From Actinomycetota bacterium (GTDB lineage: Bacteria; Actinomycetota; Acidimicrobiia; Acidimicrobiales; AC-14), in NCBI GenBank assembly GCA_034669165.1, contig JAXDOC010000014.1, positions 41,110 to 105,109 on the forward strand: 64,000 bases of DNA, given 5' to 3'. The stretch's first letter is position 1. Every line of letters starts with the position of its first letter. A program made the position numbers and the translations under genes. This document shows, piece by piece, positions 19,329 to 30,688 of this stretch. The notes below the pieces were generated by a model. That model did no database searches. It was not told the DNA's origin and worked only from the letters and a program-made list of their open reading frames with translations.

Positions 19329-19830
19329 CGACGCCTACGCCCCTGTCGACACCCCCATGGGGCCCGTTTTCGTGGCGTGGAACGACCACGGGGTGTGCCG
19401 GGTGGAGCCGGGAACCGATGCGGCCCGGTTCGAGGCCGACTTCAAGGCCCAGTTCGGGCGGCCGGTCACCCGGGCCGAGGGCGGGGTTGCGCCGGACGTG
19501 ACTGCCGACCCCAAGGTGCCGATCGACTGGCGAGGTGTGCCCGAGTTCGACCGGGCCGTCCTCACTGCCATCCGGGCCGTCCCGGCGGGCGACGCCTGGA
19601 CCTACGGCGAGGTGGCCGAGGCCATCGGCAAGCCGGGCGCGGCCCGGGCCGTGGGCGGGGCCCTCGGCCGCAACCGGGTGCCGGTGATCGTCCCCTGCCA
19701 CCGGGTGGTGGCGGCCAACGGCCTGGGCGGCTTCGGCCTCGGCCTCGACGCCAAGCGGGCGCTGCTGGCGGCAGAGGGCTACCCCGCCGGCACCACCCAG
19801 GGCCGTTTGCTCCCCGGAGCGCCCGGGTAG
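19318..19830 (+). CDS. ogt: Methylated-DNA--protein-cysteine methyltransferase (MGMT/Ogt family)
   Basis: 170 aa from the internal ATG. It has the PCHRVV active-site motif and TYGEVAEAIGKPGAARAVGGALGRN. Confidence 0.85.
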   Translation: MADNDAYAPVDTPMGPVFVAWNDHGVCRVEPGTDAARFEADFKAQFGRPVTRAEGGVAPDVTADPKVPIDWRGVPEFDRAVLTAIRAVPAGDAWTYGEVAEAIGKPGAARAVGGALGRNRVPVIVPCHRVVAANGLGGFGLGLDAKRALLAAEGYPAGTTQGRLLPGAPG

Positions 19831-19840
19831 CGCGCCGGGC

Positions 19841-20446
19841 GTGGCGAAATCGGTCGACACCCTGCGAGCCGAGGCCGCCGGGTGCCAGGCCTGCGACCTG
19901 TGGAAGGCGGCCTCCCAGACCGTCTTCGGCGAGGGGCCGGCCCACGCCGACCTCATGCTGGTCGGCGAACAACCGGGTGACCGGGAGGACGTGGAGGGCC
20001 ATCCGTTCGTCGGTCCCGCCGGCGCCCTCCTCGACCGGGCCCTCGACGAAGCCGGCATCGACCGGGCCACGACCTACCTCACCAACGCGGTGAAGCACTT
20101 CAAGTGGACGGCCAAGGGGAAGCGCCGCATCCACCAGAAGCCCAACGCGGCCGAGGTCGAGGCGTGCCGGCCGTGGCTCGACGCCGAGGTCGAGGCCGTC
20201 CAGCCCAAGATCGTCGTCGCCCTCGGCGCCACCGCGGCCCAGGCTCTCCTGGGCAAGGACTTCCGGGTCACCCGGCACCGGGGCGAGTTCTTCGACCACT
20301 CCAATCGGCCGACGATCACCGCCACCGTCCACCCGTCGTCGATCCTACGGGCCCGCGACGATGACGCTCGCCACCGGGAGATGGCCGCCTTCGTCGACGA
20401 CCTGCGCACCGTGGCCAAGAGGTTGACCGAGGTGTCCGCCGGATAA
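19841..20446 (+). CDS. udgX: Family-4-type uracil-DNA glycosylase of the UdgX subgroup
   Basis: Motifs present are GEQPGDREDVEGHPFVGPAG (motif A), NAVKHFKWTAKGKRRIHQKP (the KRRIH loop characteristic of UdgX) and HPSSIL (motif B). Cys residues for an Fe-S cluster are present (CQAC..., ...ACRPW). Confidence 0.85.
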   Translation: MAKSVDTLRAEAAGCQACDLWKAASQTVFGEGPAHADLMLVGEQPGDREDVEGHPFVGPAGALLDRALDEAGIDRATTYLTNAVKHFKWTAKGKRRIHQKPNAAEVEACRPWLDAEVEAVQPKIVVALGATAAQALLGKDFRVTRHRGEFFDHSNRPTITATVHPSSILRARDDDARHREMAAFVDDLRTVAKRLTEVSAG

Positions 20447-20457
20447 GGTCCGCCCCC

Positions 20458-21396
20458 ATGCAGGACGGCAGCCGCAAAGCGATCATCGCCGCGTTCTTCG
20501 CCAACCTCGGGATCGCCATCGCCAAGTTCGTGGGCTTCCTGCTCACCGGGGCGACGTCGATGCTGGCCGAGGCGGTGCACTCGGTGGCCGACAGCAGCAA
20601 CCAGGGGCTCCTGCTCCTCGGCGGCAGCAAGGCCCGGCGGCGGGCCGACGTGGAGCACCCCTTCGGCTACGGCCGGGAGCGGTACTTCTGGTCGTTCGTC
20701 GTCGCCCTGGTGATCTTCATGCTGGGCTCGCTGTTCGCCCTGTTCGAGGGCGAAGAGAAGATGCGCCACCCCCACAAGCTCGAGTCGGTGCCGATCGCCG
20801 TGGGCATCCTCCTGGTCGCCATCGCCCTGGAGAGCTACTCACTCCGGACCGCGGTCAAGGAGAGCCGCCACACCAAGGGCGACCAGTCGTGGTGGAGCTT
20901 CATCCGCCACTCGAAGATCCCCGAGCTGCCCGTGGTCCTGCTGGAGGACGTCGGCGCCGAGATCGGCCTCTGCTTCGCCCTGGTCGGGATCGGCCTGGCC
21001 GAGATCACCGGCAACGCCCGCTTCGACGCCGCCGGCACCCTGGCCATCGGCGTGCTCCTGGGCGCGATCGCCGTCATCCTCATGATCGAGATGAAAGGCC
21101 TGCTCATCGGCGAGTCGGCGACCCCCGAGATGGTGGCCAAGATCCGGGCCGCCATGGAGGGCGACCCGGGCGTCCGCCGGCTGATCCACCTCCGGACCCA
21201 ACACCTCGGCCCCGACGAGCTGCTGGTGGGGGCGAAGCTCGAGCTCGACACGGATCTCGACTTCCCGCAGGTGGCGGAAGCCATCGACCGGGTGGAGGCG
21301 TCGGTCCGGGCCGTCGTGCCCGAGGCCCGGGTCATCTACATCGAGCCGGACATCACCCGCCCGCAGGAGCCGGAGCCGGTCGCCAGCGGCGCCTAG
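20458..21396 (+). CDS. Cation diffusion facilitator (CDF) family metal efflux transporter
   Basis: The N-terminus AIIAAFFANLGIAIAKFVGFLLTGATSMLAEAVHSVADSSNQ is typical of CDFs. It has six TM segments and a C-terminal cytoplasmic domain. Confidence 0.85.
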   Translation: MQDGSRKAIIAAFFANLGIAIAKFVGFLLTGATSMLAEAVHSVADSSNQGLLLLGGSKARRRADVEHPFGYGRERYFWSFVVALVIFMLGSLFALFEGEEKMRHPHKLESVPIAVGILLVAIALESYSLRTAVKESRHTKGDQSWWSFIRHSKIPELPVVLLEDVGAEIGLCFALVGIGLAEITGNARFDAAGTLAIGVLLGAIAVILMIEMKGLLIGESATPEMVAKIRAAMEGDPGVRRLIHLRTQHLGPDELLVGAKLELDTDLDFPQVAEAIDRVEASVRAVVPEARVIYIEPDITRPQEPEPVASGA

Positions 21397-21773
21397 CCCG
21401 TCACCTGGACCGTCCCACCCTCGGAGTCGGACCCGCCCGGGCACTTGGTGGAGTAGCTGCCGGCGGCCAGGGTGAGGGAGAAGCTGCGGTCGGCGCCGGG
21501 GATGACGTTCTCCACCTCGCCCAGGATGCGAGTGCCGGTGAGGACCTCGAACTCGGTGACCGCCGCCGTCCCCTGGTTGGTGACGTGGAACTTCGTCGGC
21601 CCCGGCGGGGTGGAGATGGCGCGGGGCTCACAGCCCTTGTCGGACAGGGTGACCTCGATGGTGGGCCCGGCGCCCGCCGTGGCCGTCCCTTTGGGTCCCG
21701 AGTCGGACGAGCAGGCGGCCACCAGGAGCGGCACCACCAGGAGGGCGGCCGTGGCGAGCAGGCGTCTGGGCAT
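21393..21773 (-). CDS. Cupredoxin-like lipoprotein (EfeO N-terminal-domain-like)
   Basis: Lipobox LLVAACSSDS. The segment IEVTLSDKGCEPRAISTPPGPTKFHVTNQGTAAVTEFEVL...GSYSTKCPGG resembles the EfeO Cup domain. It lies directly downstream of the FTR1 permease. Confidence 0.65.
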   Translation of the reverse strand: MPRRLLATAALLVVPLLVAACSSDSGPKGTATAGAGPTIEVTLSDKGCEPRAISTPPGPTKFHVTNQGTAAVTEFEVLTGTRILGEVENVIPGADRSFSLTLAAGSYSTKCPGGSDSEGGTVQVTG

Positions 21774-21797
21774 GAGAGGTCTCCGATGCTCGAAGGG

Positions 21798-22646
21798 TCA
21801 GGCGACGGCCGGAGCCGTTTGAATGGACTTGGGCGGAGCCGGCTTGCGGCGCGACGACCGGAGCACGAACAGGGTGACGGGCACGAAGTACACCAGCCAG
21901 CCGAGGCCCTCGATCACGGTCGGCTTGGGTTGGATGCCGAGCACGCCCGTGAGCAGGGCCGACTGCACCGAGCCGGGCTTGATGAGCCAGCTCAGGTCGA
22001 CCAGCTGGCCCTGGCCGAACTGGATCCAGCCCGCCTCGTGGCCGGTGTGCATGGCGAACGACACCAGCCCCGCGGCCACCAGCACCAGCACCAGCCCGGT
22101 GGCGGTGAAGAACTTGGACAGGTTGATCTTCACCCCGCCCTTGTAGATGGCGTAGCCGATGACCACGGCCACGGCGATGCCGAGGAGAGCGCCGGCGCTC
22201 GACGCGGCTCGGTTGGCCGACGCCTGGAAGGCGGAGAGGAGGAACACCGCCGTCTCCAGTCCCTCCCGGAGCACGGCCAGGAAGGCCATCGCCACCAGGG
22301 CGAACACCGACCCCTCGGCCACCGCCGCGCCGGCCCGGGCCTCCAGCTCCTTCTTGAGGCCCCGGGCGTTGCGCGCCATCCACACGACCATCGACGTGAC
22401 CATGGCCACCGCCACCAGGGCGATCACCGTCTCCAGCCCCTCCTGCTGCTTCTGGGGGAGGTTGCTGTCGACGATCTCCAGGACCACCGCGGCCGCGGCG
22501 CAGATGCCGACGGCGACGACGACGCCCAACCAGACCCAGCGCAGCTGGCGGGACGCCCCCCGCTGGCGCAGGAAGGCGGCGACGATCCCGACGATGAGCG
22601 ACGCTTCGACGCCTTCGCGGAGTCCAATGACGAAGGTAGGGAGCAT
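21798..22646 (-). CDS. efeU: FTR1/EfeU-family high-affinity iron permease
   Basis: Two RExxE motifs (REGVE and REGLE) sit in TM helices. The protein is multi-TM. Confidence 0.85.
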   Translation of the reverse strand: MLPTFVIGLREGVEASLIVGIVAAFLRQRGASRQLRWVWLGVVVAVGICAAAAVVLEIVDSNLPQKQQEGLETVIALVAVAMVTSMVVWMARNARGLKKELEARAGAAVAEGSVFALVAMAFLAVLREGLETAVFLLSAFQASANRAASSAGALLGIAVAVVIGYAIYKGGVKINLSKFFTATGLVLVLVAAGLVSFAMHTGHEAGWIQFGQGQLVDLSWLIKPGSVQSALLTGVLGIQPKPTVIEGLGWLVYFVPVTLFVLRSSRRKPAPPKSIQTAPAVA

Positions 22647-22728
22647 TGAACGACCTCCGGAGGCTGCCCCAAGTGTTGACCTAAGGCGACCCTAAGTCCT
22701 CGGCTCGGTCACTTCAAGGCGGGGCCGT

Positions 22729-25145
<2,417 letters not shown>

Positions 25146-25246
25146 CTGCCAGCTTGGCACACGCCAGGAGCCAACTCGCCTGTAACGGCACGGCCCGGAG
25201 TGGGACGACATTCCCGTCAATCCGATACAGAAGAGGTGGAGGCGAG

Positions 25247-26272
25247 ATGTCCGACGCAGCGGTGTACGTGCAGACGAACGAGCAGGAGAACCGGGTGGTC
25301 GCGTTCCTCCGGGCAGGCGACGGCGGCCTGACCGAGCTCGGCTCCTACCCCACCGGCGGTGCCGGCGACGCCAAGCCCCACCTCACGTCGCAGGGCTCGG
25401 TGGTCCTGGCCGGAGACGGTCGGCACCTCGTCGTCACCAACGCCGCCAGCGACGATGTCTCCGTCTTCACGGTGGGCGCCGGCGGCGAACTGGAACTGTC
25501 CGGGCGGACCCCCTCCGGACCGGCTCCGAAGAGCGTGGCCGAGCACCATGGCCTCGTCTACGTCCTCAACACCGGCTCGGCCACGGTGACCGGCTTCCGG
25601 CTGGGCGAAGGTGGCCTCAAGCCGATCGCGGGCGGGGAGATGTCGTTGTCGGCGCCCGACGCCGACGGCGCCCAGGTCGGCTTCACGCCTGACGGCGCCG
25701 CGCTCGTCGTCACCGAGCGGAGCGCCAACCAGATCGCCTCCTTCGCCGTCGGCGGCGATGGGACCCTCGGACCGCTGCACGCGGTGGCCTCGGCGGGCCC
25801 CACGCCCTACGGCTTCGCCATCACGAGCGGCGGCACCCTGGTCGTCACCGAGGCGTTCGGCGCCCAGAAGGGGGCGGCCGCGGCCTCGTCGTACACGGTC
25901 GACGGAACGGTGGTCACCCCGGTGACGCCGTCGGTCGGCAACGGGCGCAGCGAGATCTGCTGGGCCGTCGTCACCGCCGACGGCAGCCACGCCTTCACCA
26001 CCAACTTCGCCGACGGCGCCGTGTCCCGGTACGGAATCGGCACCGACGGCAGCCTCACCCTGGAGGACGCCACCGCGGGTGTCACCGTCGACGGGCGCAC
26101 CGGCCTGCGCGACCTCGGTCTCACGGCCGACGGGGCGTTCCTGTACGCGGTCGATGCCGACTCGGGCTCCGTCTACGGCTGGGCCGTCGACGGCGACGGA
26201 TCACTCACGCCTGCCGGCTCGACGGCCGCAGGCGGCCTGCCGGCGACGGTGGCCGGCCTGGCCGCCGGCTGA
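25247..26272 (+). CDS. Lactonase-like 7-bladed beta-propeller protein
   Basis: 341 aa from the internal ATG, with AGAGGTGGAGG upstream. Repetitive blades have the pattern G..P..v....dG..l.v.n. Confidence 0.7.
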   Translation: MSDAAVYVQTNEQENRVVAFLRAGDGGLTELGSYPTGGAGDAKPHLTSQGSVVLAGDGRHLVVTNAASDDVSVFTVGAGGELELSGRTPSGPAPKSVAEHHGLVYVLNTGSATVTGFRLGEGGLKPIAGGEMSLSAPDADGAQVGFTPDGAALVVTERSANQIASFAVGGDGTLGPLHAVASAGPTPYGFAITSGGTLVVTEAFGAQKGAAAASSYTVDGTVVTPVTPSVGNGRSEICWAVVTADGSHAFTTNFADGAVSRYGIGTDGSLTLEDATAGVTVDGRTGLRDLGLTADGAFLYAVDADSGSVYGWAVDGDGSLTPAGSTAAGGLPATVAGLAAG

Positions 26273-26279
26273 GCCGCCC

Positions 26280-26723
26280 ATGCGCCTCGAACCCCTGTAC
26301 CGGGCCACGTTCGCGCCCACCGAGCGGTGGAGCATCGAGCTGGCCGGGACCCACGGCGTGGAGGGACAGGGTTTCCTGCTGGTGGAGGGGCGCTCGGAAG
26401 GACGGCTCTCCGGGCGCCTCCGCGCCGCCAACTACCCCCGCACGCGCGCCGACGGCACCCTCACCCCGGACTTTCGGGGCGTGATCGAGACCGACGACGG
26501 CGCCACCGTCCTGTTCGCGTGGCACGGGTACGGCCGGGCCGCGGCCGGGGGCGAGCCGGGGCGGCTGGTCGGCAGCCTCACCCATCTGAGCGACGATCCC
26601 CGCTACCACTGGCTGAACGACGCCGTCTGCGGCCTCACCGGCGAGGTCCGGCCCGCCGCCGACGGGAGTGGCTTCGTCGTGGCCGTCGAGGTGGCCGAGC
26701 TGGTCTGGGAGCCCGCCGGCTGA
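26280..26723 (+). CDS. Small hypothetical protein (DUF3237-like)
   Basis: 147 aa from the internal ATG at 26280. Composition is coding-like. The family assignment is from memory of similar sequences only. Confidence 0.55.
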   Translation: MRLEPLYRATFAPTERWSIELAGTHGVEGQGFLLVEGRSEGRLSGRLRAANYPRTRADGTLTPDFRGVIETDDGATVLFAWHGYGRAAAGGEPGRLVGSLTHLSDDPRYHWLNDAVCGLTGEVRPAADGSGFVVAVEVAELVWEPAG

Positions 26724-26841
26724 CCAGCCGGGGTGTCCCAGGCCCCGATCGTGCGAGAAATGGCTCCGCCGGGCGTTGTCGCGAGAGATGATCGCGGGCG
26801 AAGACGTCTCTCCGCAGCAACTATCCCTTGGAGGACCCCAG

Positions 26842-27852
26842 ATGGCACCGATCCTCGAAGCCCGGGGGCTCACCAAGAAGTTCAAGACGACCGAGGCCCT
26901 GGCCGGGCTCGACCTGACGGCCGAAAGGGGCCAGGTCACCGCCGTTCTCGGTCCCAACGGGGCGGGCAAGACCACGTTCATCCGCATGGTGGCCACCCTC
27001 CTCCAGCCCGACGCCGGCACCCTCACCGTCGCCGCCATCGACGCCCTGGCCGAGCCGGCCAAGGTCCGCCACGCCATCGGCCTGGCCGGCCAGTCGGCGG
27101 CAGTCGAAGCGGCGATGTCGGGACGGGAGAACCTCGAGTTGATCGGCCGCCTGTTCGGTCACGACCCCAAGCAGGCCAAGGCCAGCGCCCAGGTCGTGCT
27201 CGAGCGACTGGGCCTCACCGACGCCGGCGACCGCCTCGTCCGCACCTACTCCGGCGGCATGCGGCGCAAGCTCGACGTTGGGGCCAGCCTGGTCGGCGCC
27301 CCCGAGCTGCTCCTGCTCGACGAGCCCACGACCGGCCTCGACCCCCGCAGCCGCAACGAGCTGTGGGAGATCATCCGCGACCTCGTCGCCGCGGGCACCG
27401 ACGTCCTGCTCACCACCCAGTACCTCGACGAGGCCGACCAGCTGGCCGCCCACATCGTCATCATCGACCACGGGAAGTCCATCGCCGACGGGACGGCCGA
27501 CCACCTCAAGTCCCTGGGTGGTGCCGACGTCGTCCAGGTCCACGTGGTCGACCCGGCCGACCTCGATCGCACCGTGGCCGCGCTCGGCCCCCTCGGCGCG
27601 GAGCCGCCCCGGGTCGACGTGCCCACCCGGTCGGTCACCGTCCCTGTCCACGACGGCTCGGCCCAGCTGCTGGAGGCGGTCCGAGTGCTCGACACGCTCG
27701 GGATCGCCGTCGCCGACATCGGCCTGCGCCGGGCCACGCTCGACGAGGTGTTTCTCAAGCTGACGGGCAGACCCGCGGAGGCCGCGCCTGAGGCCGGCGC
27801 CGAGGGGACGGACGAGACCAAGAGCCGCAAACGTCGCGGCCGGGCCGCCTGA
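26842..27852 (+). CDS. ABC transporter ATP-binding protein (DrrA-like)
   Basis: Walker A GPNGAGKTT, signature YSGGMRRKL and Walker B LLLLDEPTTGLD are present. GGAGGA lies upstream of the ATG at 26842. Confidence 0.9.
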   Translation: MAPILEARGLTKKFKTTEALAGLDLTAERGQVTAVLGPNGAGKTTFIRMVATLLQPDAGTLTVAAIDALAEPAKVRHAIGLAGQSAAVEAAMSGRENLELIGRLFGHDPKQAKASAQVVLERLGLTDAGDRLVRTYSGGMRRKLDVGASLVGAPELLLLDEPTTGLDPRSRNELWEIIRDLVAAGTDVLLTTQYLDEADQLAAHIVIIDHGKSIADGTADHLKSLGGADVVQVHVVDPADLDRTVAALGPLGAEPPRVDVPTRSVTVPVHDGSAQLLEAVRVLDTLGIAVADIGLRRATLDEVFLKLTGRPAEAAPEAGAEGTDETKSRKRRGRAA

Positions 27853-27868
27853 GCCGGGAGGAGAGCCC

Positions 27869-28714
27869 ATGACTGCCACCACCCCCGACACCGCCGGCGC
27901 GGTCGCCCCCCGCCGCGACCTTCCCCGCCCGACCAAGCCTGCCGGGTTCCTCACGACCGTCTTCGGCGTCGCCCGGCGCACGGTGCTGCGCAGCGTGCGG
28001 ACGCCCCAGGTCTTCGTGATCGGCATGATCCAGGGCGCCATGTTCCTGCTCATCTTCCGCTACGTGTTCGGCGGCGCCATCCCCATCAACGGGATCCGTT
28101 ACGTCGACTTCCTCGTACCCGGCTTCGTCGGCACGGGCGTCCTGTTCTCGGGCATGACCGCCTCCATCGGGGCGGCCGAGGACCTGTCCGAAGGGCTGTT
28201 CGATCGGCTGCGGTCGCTGCCCATACCCCGCCTGGCCGTCGTCTCCGGCCGGGTGGTCGCCGACACCGCCCTGGGCACCATCGGGCTGATGGTGACGGTC
28301 ACCGTCGGCTTCGCGGTGGGCTTCCGCTCGTCGGCCGGCATCCTCAACCTTTTGGCGGCGGTGGGCCTGTGCGTGGCGGCCGCCTTCGCCTTCACCTGGC
28401 TGTTCGTGTGGCTGGGGATCACCGCCGGCACCCCCCAGGCGGCCCAGAGCATCGGCCTGTTGGTGTTCCCGTTCACGTTCGTATCCAGTGCCTTCGTGCC
28501 GGTGGAGTCGATGCCCGGCTGGATGCAGGGCTTCGCCCGGAACCAGCCCCTCACCCAGATCGTCAACGCGGTCCGGGCCTTGAGCCTGGGCGACAAGGCC
28601 CAGGCCGCGCTCGGCCACCCGGCCGGCTACTTCGCCATCCGCTCACTGTTGTGGTGCGCGCTCTTCGTCGTCCTGTTCGCGCCCCTCGCCGCTCGGAAGT
28701 ACCAGAAGGGGTGA
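27869..28714 (+). CDS. ABC-2 type transporter permease (DrrB-like)
   Basis: 281 aa with six hydrophobic helices, immediately downstream of the ATPase. Confidence 0.8.
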   Translation: MTATTPDTAGAVAPRRDLPRPTKPAGFLTTVFGVARRTVLRSVRTPQVFVIGMIQGAMFLLIFRYVFGGAIPINGIRYVDFLVPGFVGTGVLFSGMTASIGAAEDLSEGLFDRLRSLPIPRLAVVSGRVVADTALGTIGLMVTVTVGFAVGFRSSAGILNLLAAVGLCVAAAFAFTWLFVWLGITAGTPQAAQSIGLLVFPFTFVSSAFVPVESMPGWMQGFARNQPLTQIVNAVRALSLGDKAQAALGHPAGYFAIRSLLWCALFVVLFAPLAARKYQKG

Positions 28715-28732
28715 CGGTAGGGTCGGGGCGGC

Positions 28733-29755
28733 ATGTCCTCCCCGACCGCCCTCTTTCTGGACGCCTGCTGGGGCAAGCCGGTGGCCCGGACGCCGGTGTG
28801 GTTCATGCGTCAGGCGGGACGGTCGCTGCCCGAGTACCGGGCCATCCGGGAGCGGCACGGGATGTTCGACGTGATCCGCACGCCGGAGCTGGCGGCGGAG
28901 GTGACGATGCAGCCGGTGCGGCGCCTCGGCGTCGACGCCGCCATCCTCTTCTCCGACATCGTGGTGCCGCTGACCGCCATCGGCATCGACATCGACCTCG
29001 CCCCCGGGCCGGTGGTGGCGGAGCCGTTCACGTCGGCGGCCGACCTCGACCGGCTGCGGCCGTTGCAGCCGGAGACCGACATGCCGTACGTCCTGGAGAC
29101 GGTGAAACTGCTGGTCAGCGAGCTCGACGTGCCGTTGATCGGCTTCGCCGGGGGGCCGTTCACCCTGGCCACCTACCTCATCGGGTCGTCCAAGGAGCAG
29201 ACCAAGGCCAAGGCCTTCATGCACTCGCAGCCCGAGTTGTGGGCCCAGCTGCTGGACCGGCTGGCCGACATCGTGCTGGCCTCCCTGCGGGCGCAGGTGG
29301 GGGCGGGAGCCGCCGCGGTGCAGCTGTTCGACTCGTGGGCCGGCGTTCTCAGCCCGGCCGACTACCGCCGCCACGTGCTGCCCGCCACCCGCAAGGTGCT
29401 GGGGGGACTGGCCGACCTGGGCGTGCCCCGCATCCACTTCGGAGTGGGCACCGGCGAGCTGCTGGAAGCGATGCACGAGGCGGGAGCCGACGTGGTGGGC
29501 GTCGACTGGCGGGTGCCCCTGGAGCGGGCCCGGGGCCGGCTGGGCGACGAGGTCCCGGTGCAGGGCAACCTCGACCCCGCGGTGTGCCTGGCCGGGGACT
29601 GGGACACCGTCGCCGGCGCCACCCGGGCCGTGCTCGACGCCAACGGGGCCCGGCCCGGCCACGTCTTCAACCTGGGATGGGGCGTCCTGCCCGACACCGA
29701 CCCCGACGTCCTCCGGCGGGTCGTCGACCTGGTGCACACGGAGACCGGTGGCTGA
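28733..29755 (+). CDS. hemE: Uroporphyrinogen decarboxylase
   Basis: The N-terminus RTPVWFMRQAGRSLPEYR is the HemE signature. 340 aa. Confidence 0.9.
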   Translation: MSSPTALFLDACWGKPVARTPVWFMRQAGRSLPEYRAIRERHGMFDVIRTPELAAEVTMQPVRRLGVDAAILFSDIVVPLTAIGIDIDLAPGPVVAEPFTSAADLDRLRPLQPETDMPYVLETVKLLVSELDVPLIGFAGGPFTLATYLIGSSKEQTKAKAFMHSQPELWAQLLDRLADIVLASLRAQVGAGAAAVQLFDSWAGVLSPADYRRHVLPATRKVLGGLADLGVPRIHFGVGTGELLEAMHEAGADVVGVDWRVPLERARGRLGDEVPVQGNLDPAVCLAGDWDTVAGATRAVLDANGARPGHVFNLGWGVLPDTDPDVLRRVVDLVHTETGG

Positions 29756-30680
29756 CCCCGACGTCCAGCCGGGGCCGGTCGGCGTGCTGGTCATGGCCTA
29801 CGGCACGCCGGCCACGCCTGCCGACATCGAGCCGTACTACACCCACGTCCGCCGGGGCCGGCCCCCGACGCCCGAGCTCCTCGACGACCTCACCCGCCGC
29901 TACGACGCCATTGGAGGGACGTCGCCCCTCCTGGAGCGGACCGCGGCCCAGGCGGCGGGAATCGCGGCCGCCCTCGGCGACGGGTTCGTGGTCGAGCTGG
30001 GCATGAAGCACGCTCCGCCGTTCCTCGAGGACGGGGTGGCGGCGCTGGCGGCGAGGGGTGTGACCAGGGCGGTGGGGCTGGTGCTCGCCCCCCACTACTC
30101 GTTCCTGTCGGTGGGGCAGTACGGGGAGCGGGCGACGGCCGCCGGTGCCGAGCACGGCGTCGAGATCCTCATGGTCGACTCGTGGCACACCGCCCCCGGC
30201 TACCTCGACCTGCTGGCCGGGTTCGTCGACAAGGCCGTCGCGTCCCTTCCCCACAAGAAGCCCGACGTGGAGGTGGTGTTCACCGCCCACAGCCTGCCCG
30301 CCTTCATCGAGGCGTCGGGCGACCCGTACCCCACCCAGGTCCGGGAGACGGCCATCAGCGTGGCCATGCGGGTGCCCCATCCGCGCTGGTCGACGGCGTG
30401 GCAGAGCGCGGCCCGCACCGGCGGGACCGAGCCGTGGCTGGGGCCCGACATCCTGAGCGTGCTCCCCCAGTTGGCGAACGCCGGCGCCCGGGGCGTTGTG
30501 GTCTGCCCGTGCGGGTTCACGTCCGACCACCTGGAGGTCCTCTACGACCTCGACATCGAGGCGGCCAAGATGGCCGACGCCATGCGCCTCGACTTCGTCC
30601 GCACCCCGTCACCCAACGACCACCCCGCCCTGTGCGCCACCCTGGCCGACGTGGTGCGGGCCCGTCTCGCCGCCGGCTGA
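29748..30680 (+). CDS. hemH: Ferrochelatase (coproporphyrin ferrochelatase type)
   Basis: VLVMAYGTP...YYTHVRRGRPP...IGGTSPL and the C-terminal CPCGFTSDHLEVLYDLD are present. It overlaps hemE by 8 nt. Confidence 0.9.
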   Translation: MADPDVQPGPVGVLVMAYGTPATPADIEPYYTHVRRGRPPTPELLDDLTRRYDAIGGTSPLLERTAAQAAGIAAALGDGFVVELGMKHAPPFLEDGVAALAARGVTRAVGLVLAPHYSFLSVGQYGERATAAGAEHGVEILMVDSWHTAPGYLDLLAGFVDKAVASLPHKKPDVEVVFTAHSLPAFIEASGDPYPTQVRETAISVAMRVPHPRWSTAWQSAARTGGTEPWLGPDILSVLPQLANAGARGVVVCPCGFTSDHLEVLYDLDIEAAKMADAMRLDFVRTPSPNDHPALCATLADVVRARLAAG

Positions 30681-30688
30681 CGGCTGCC

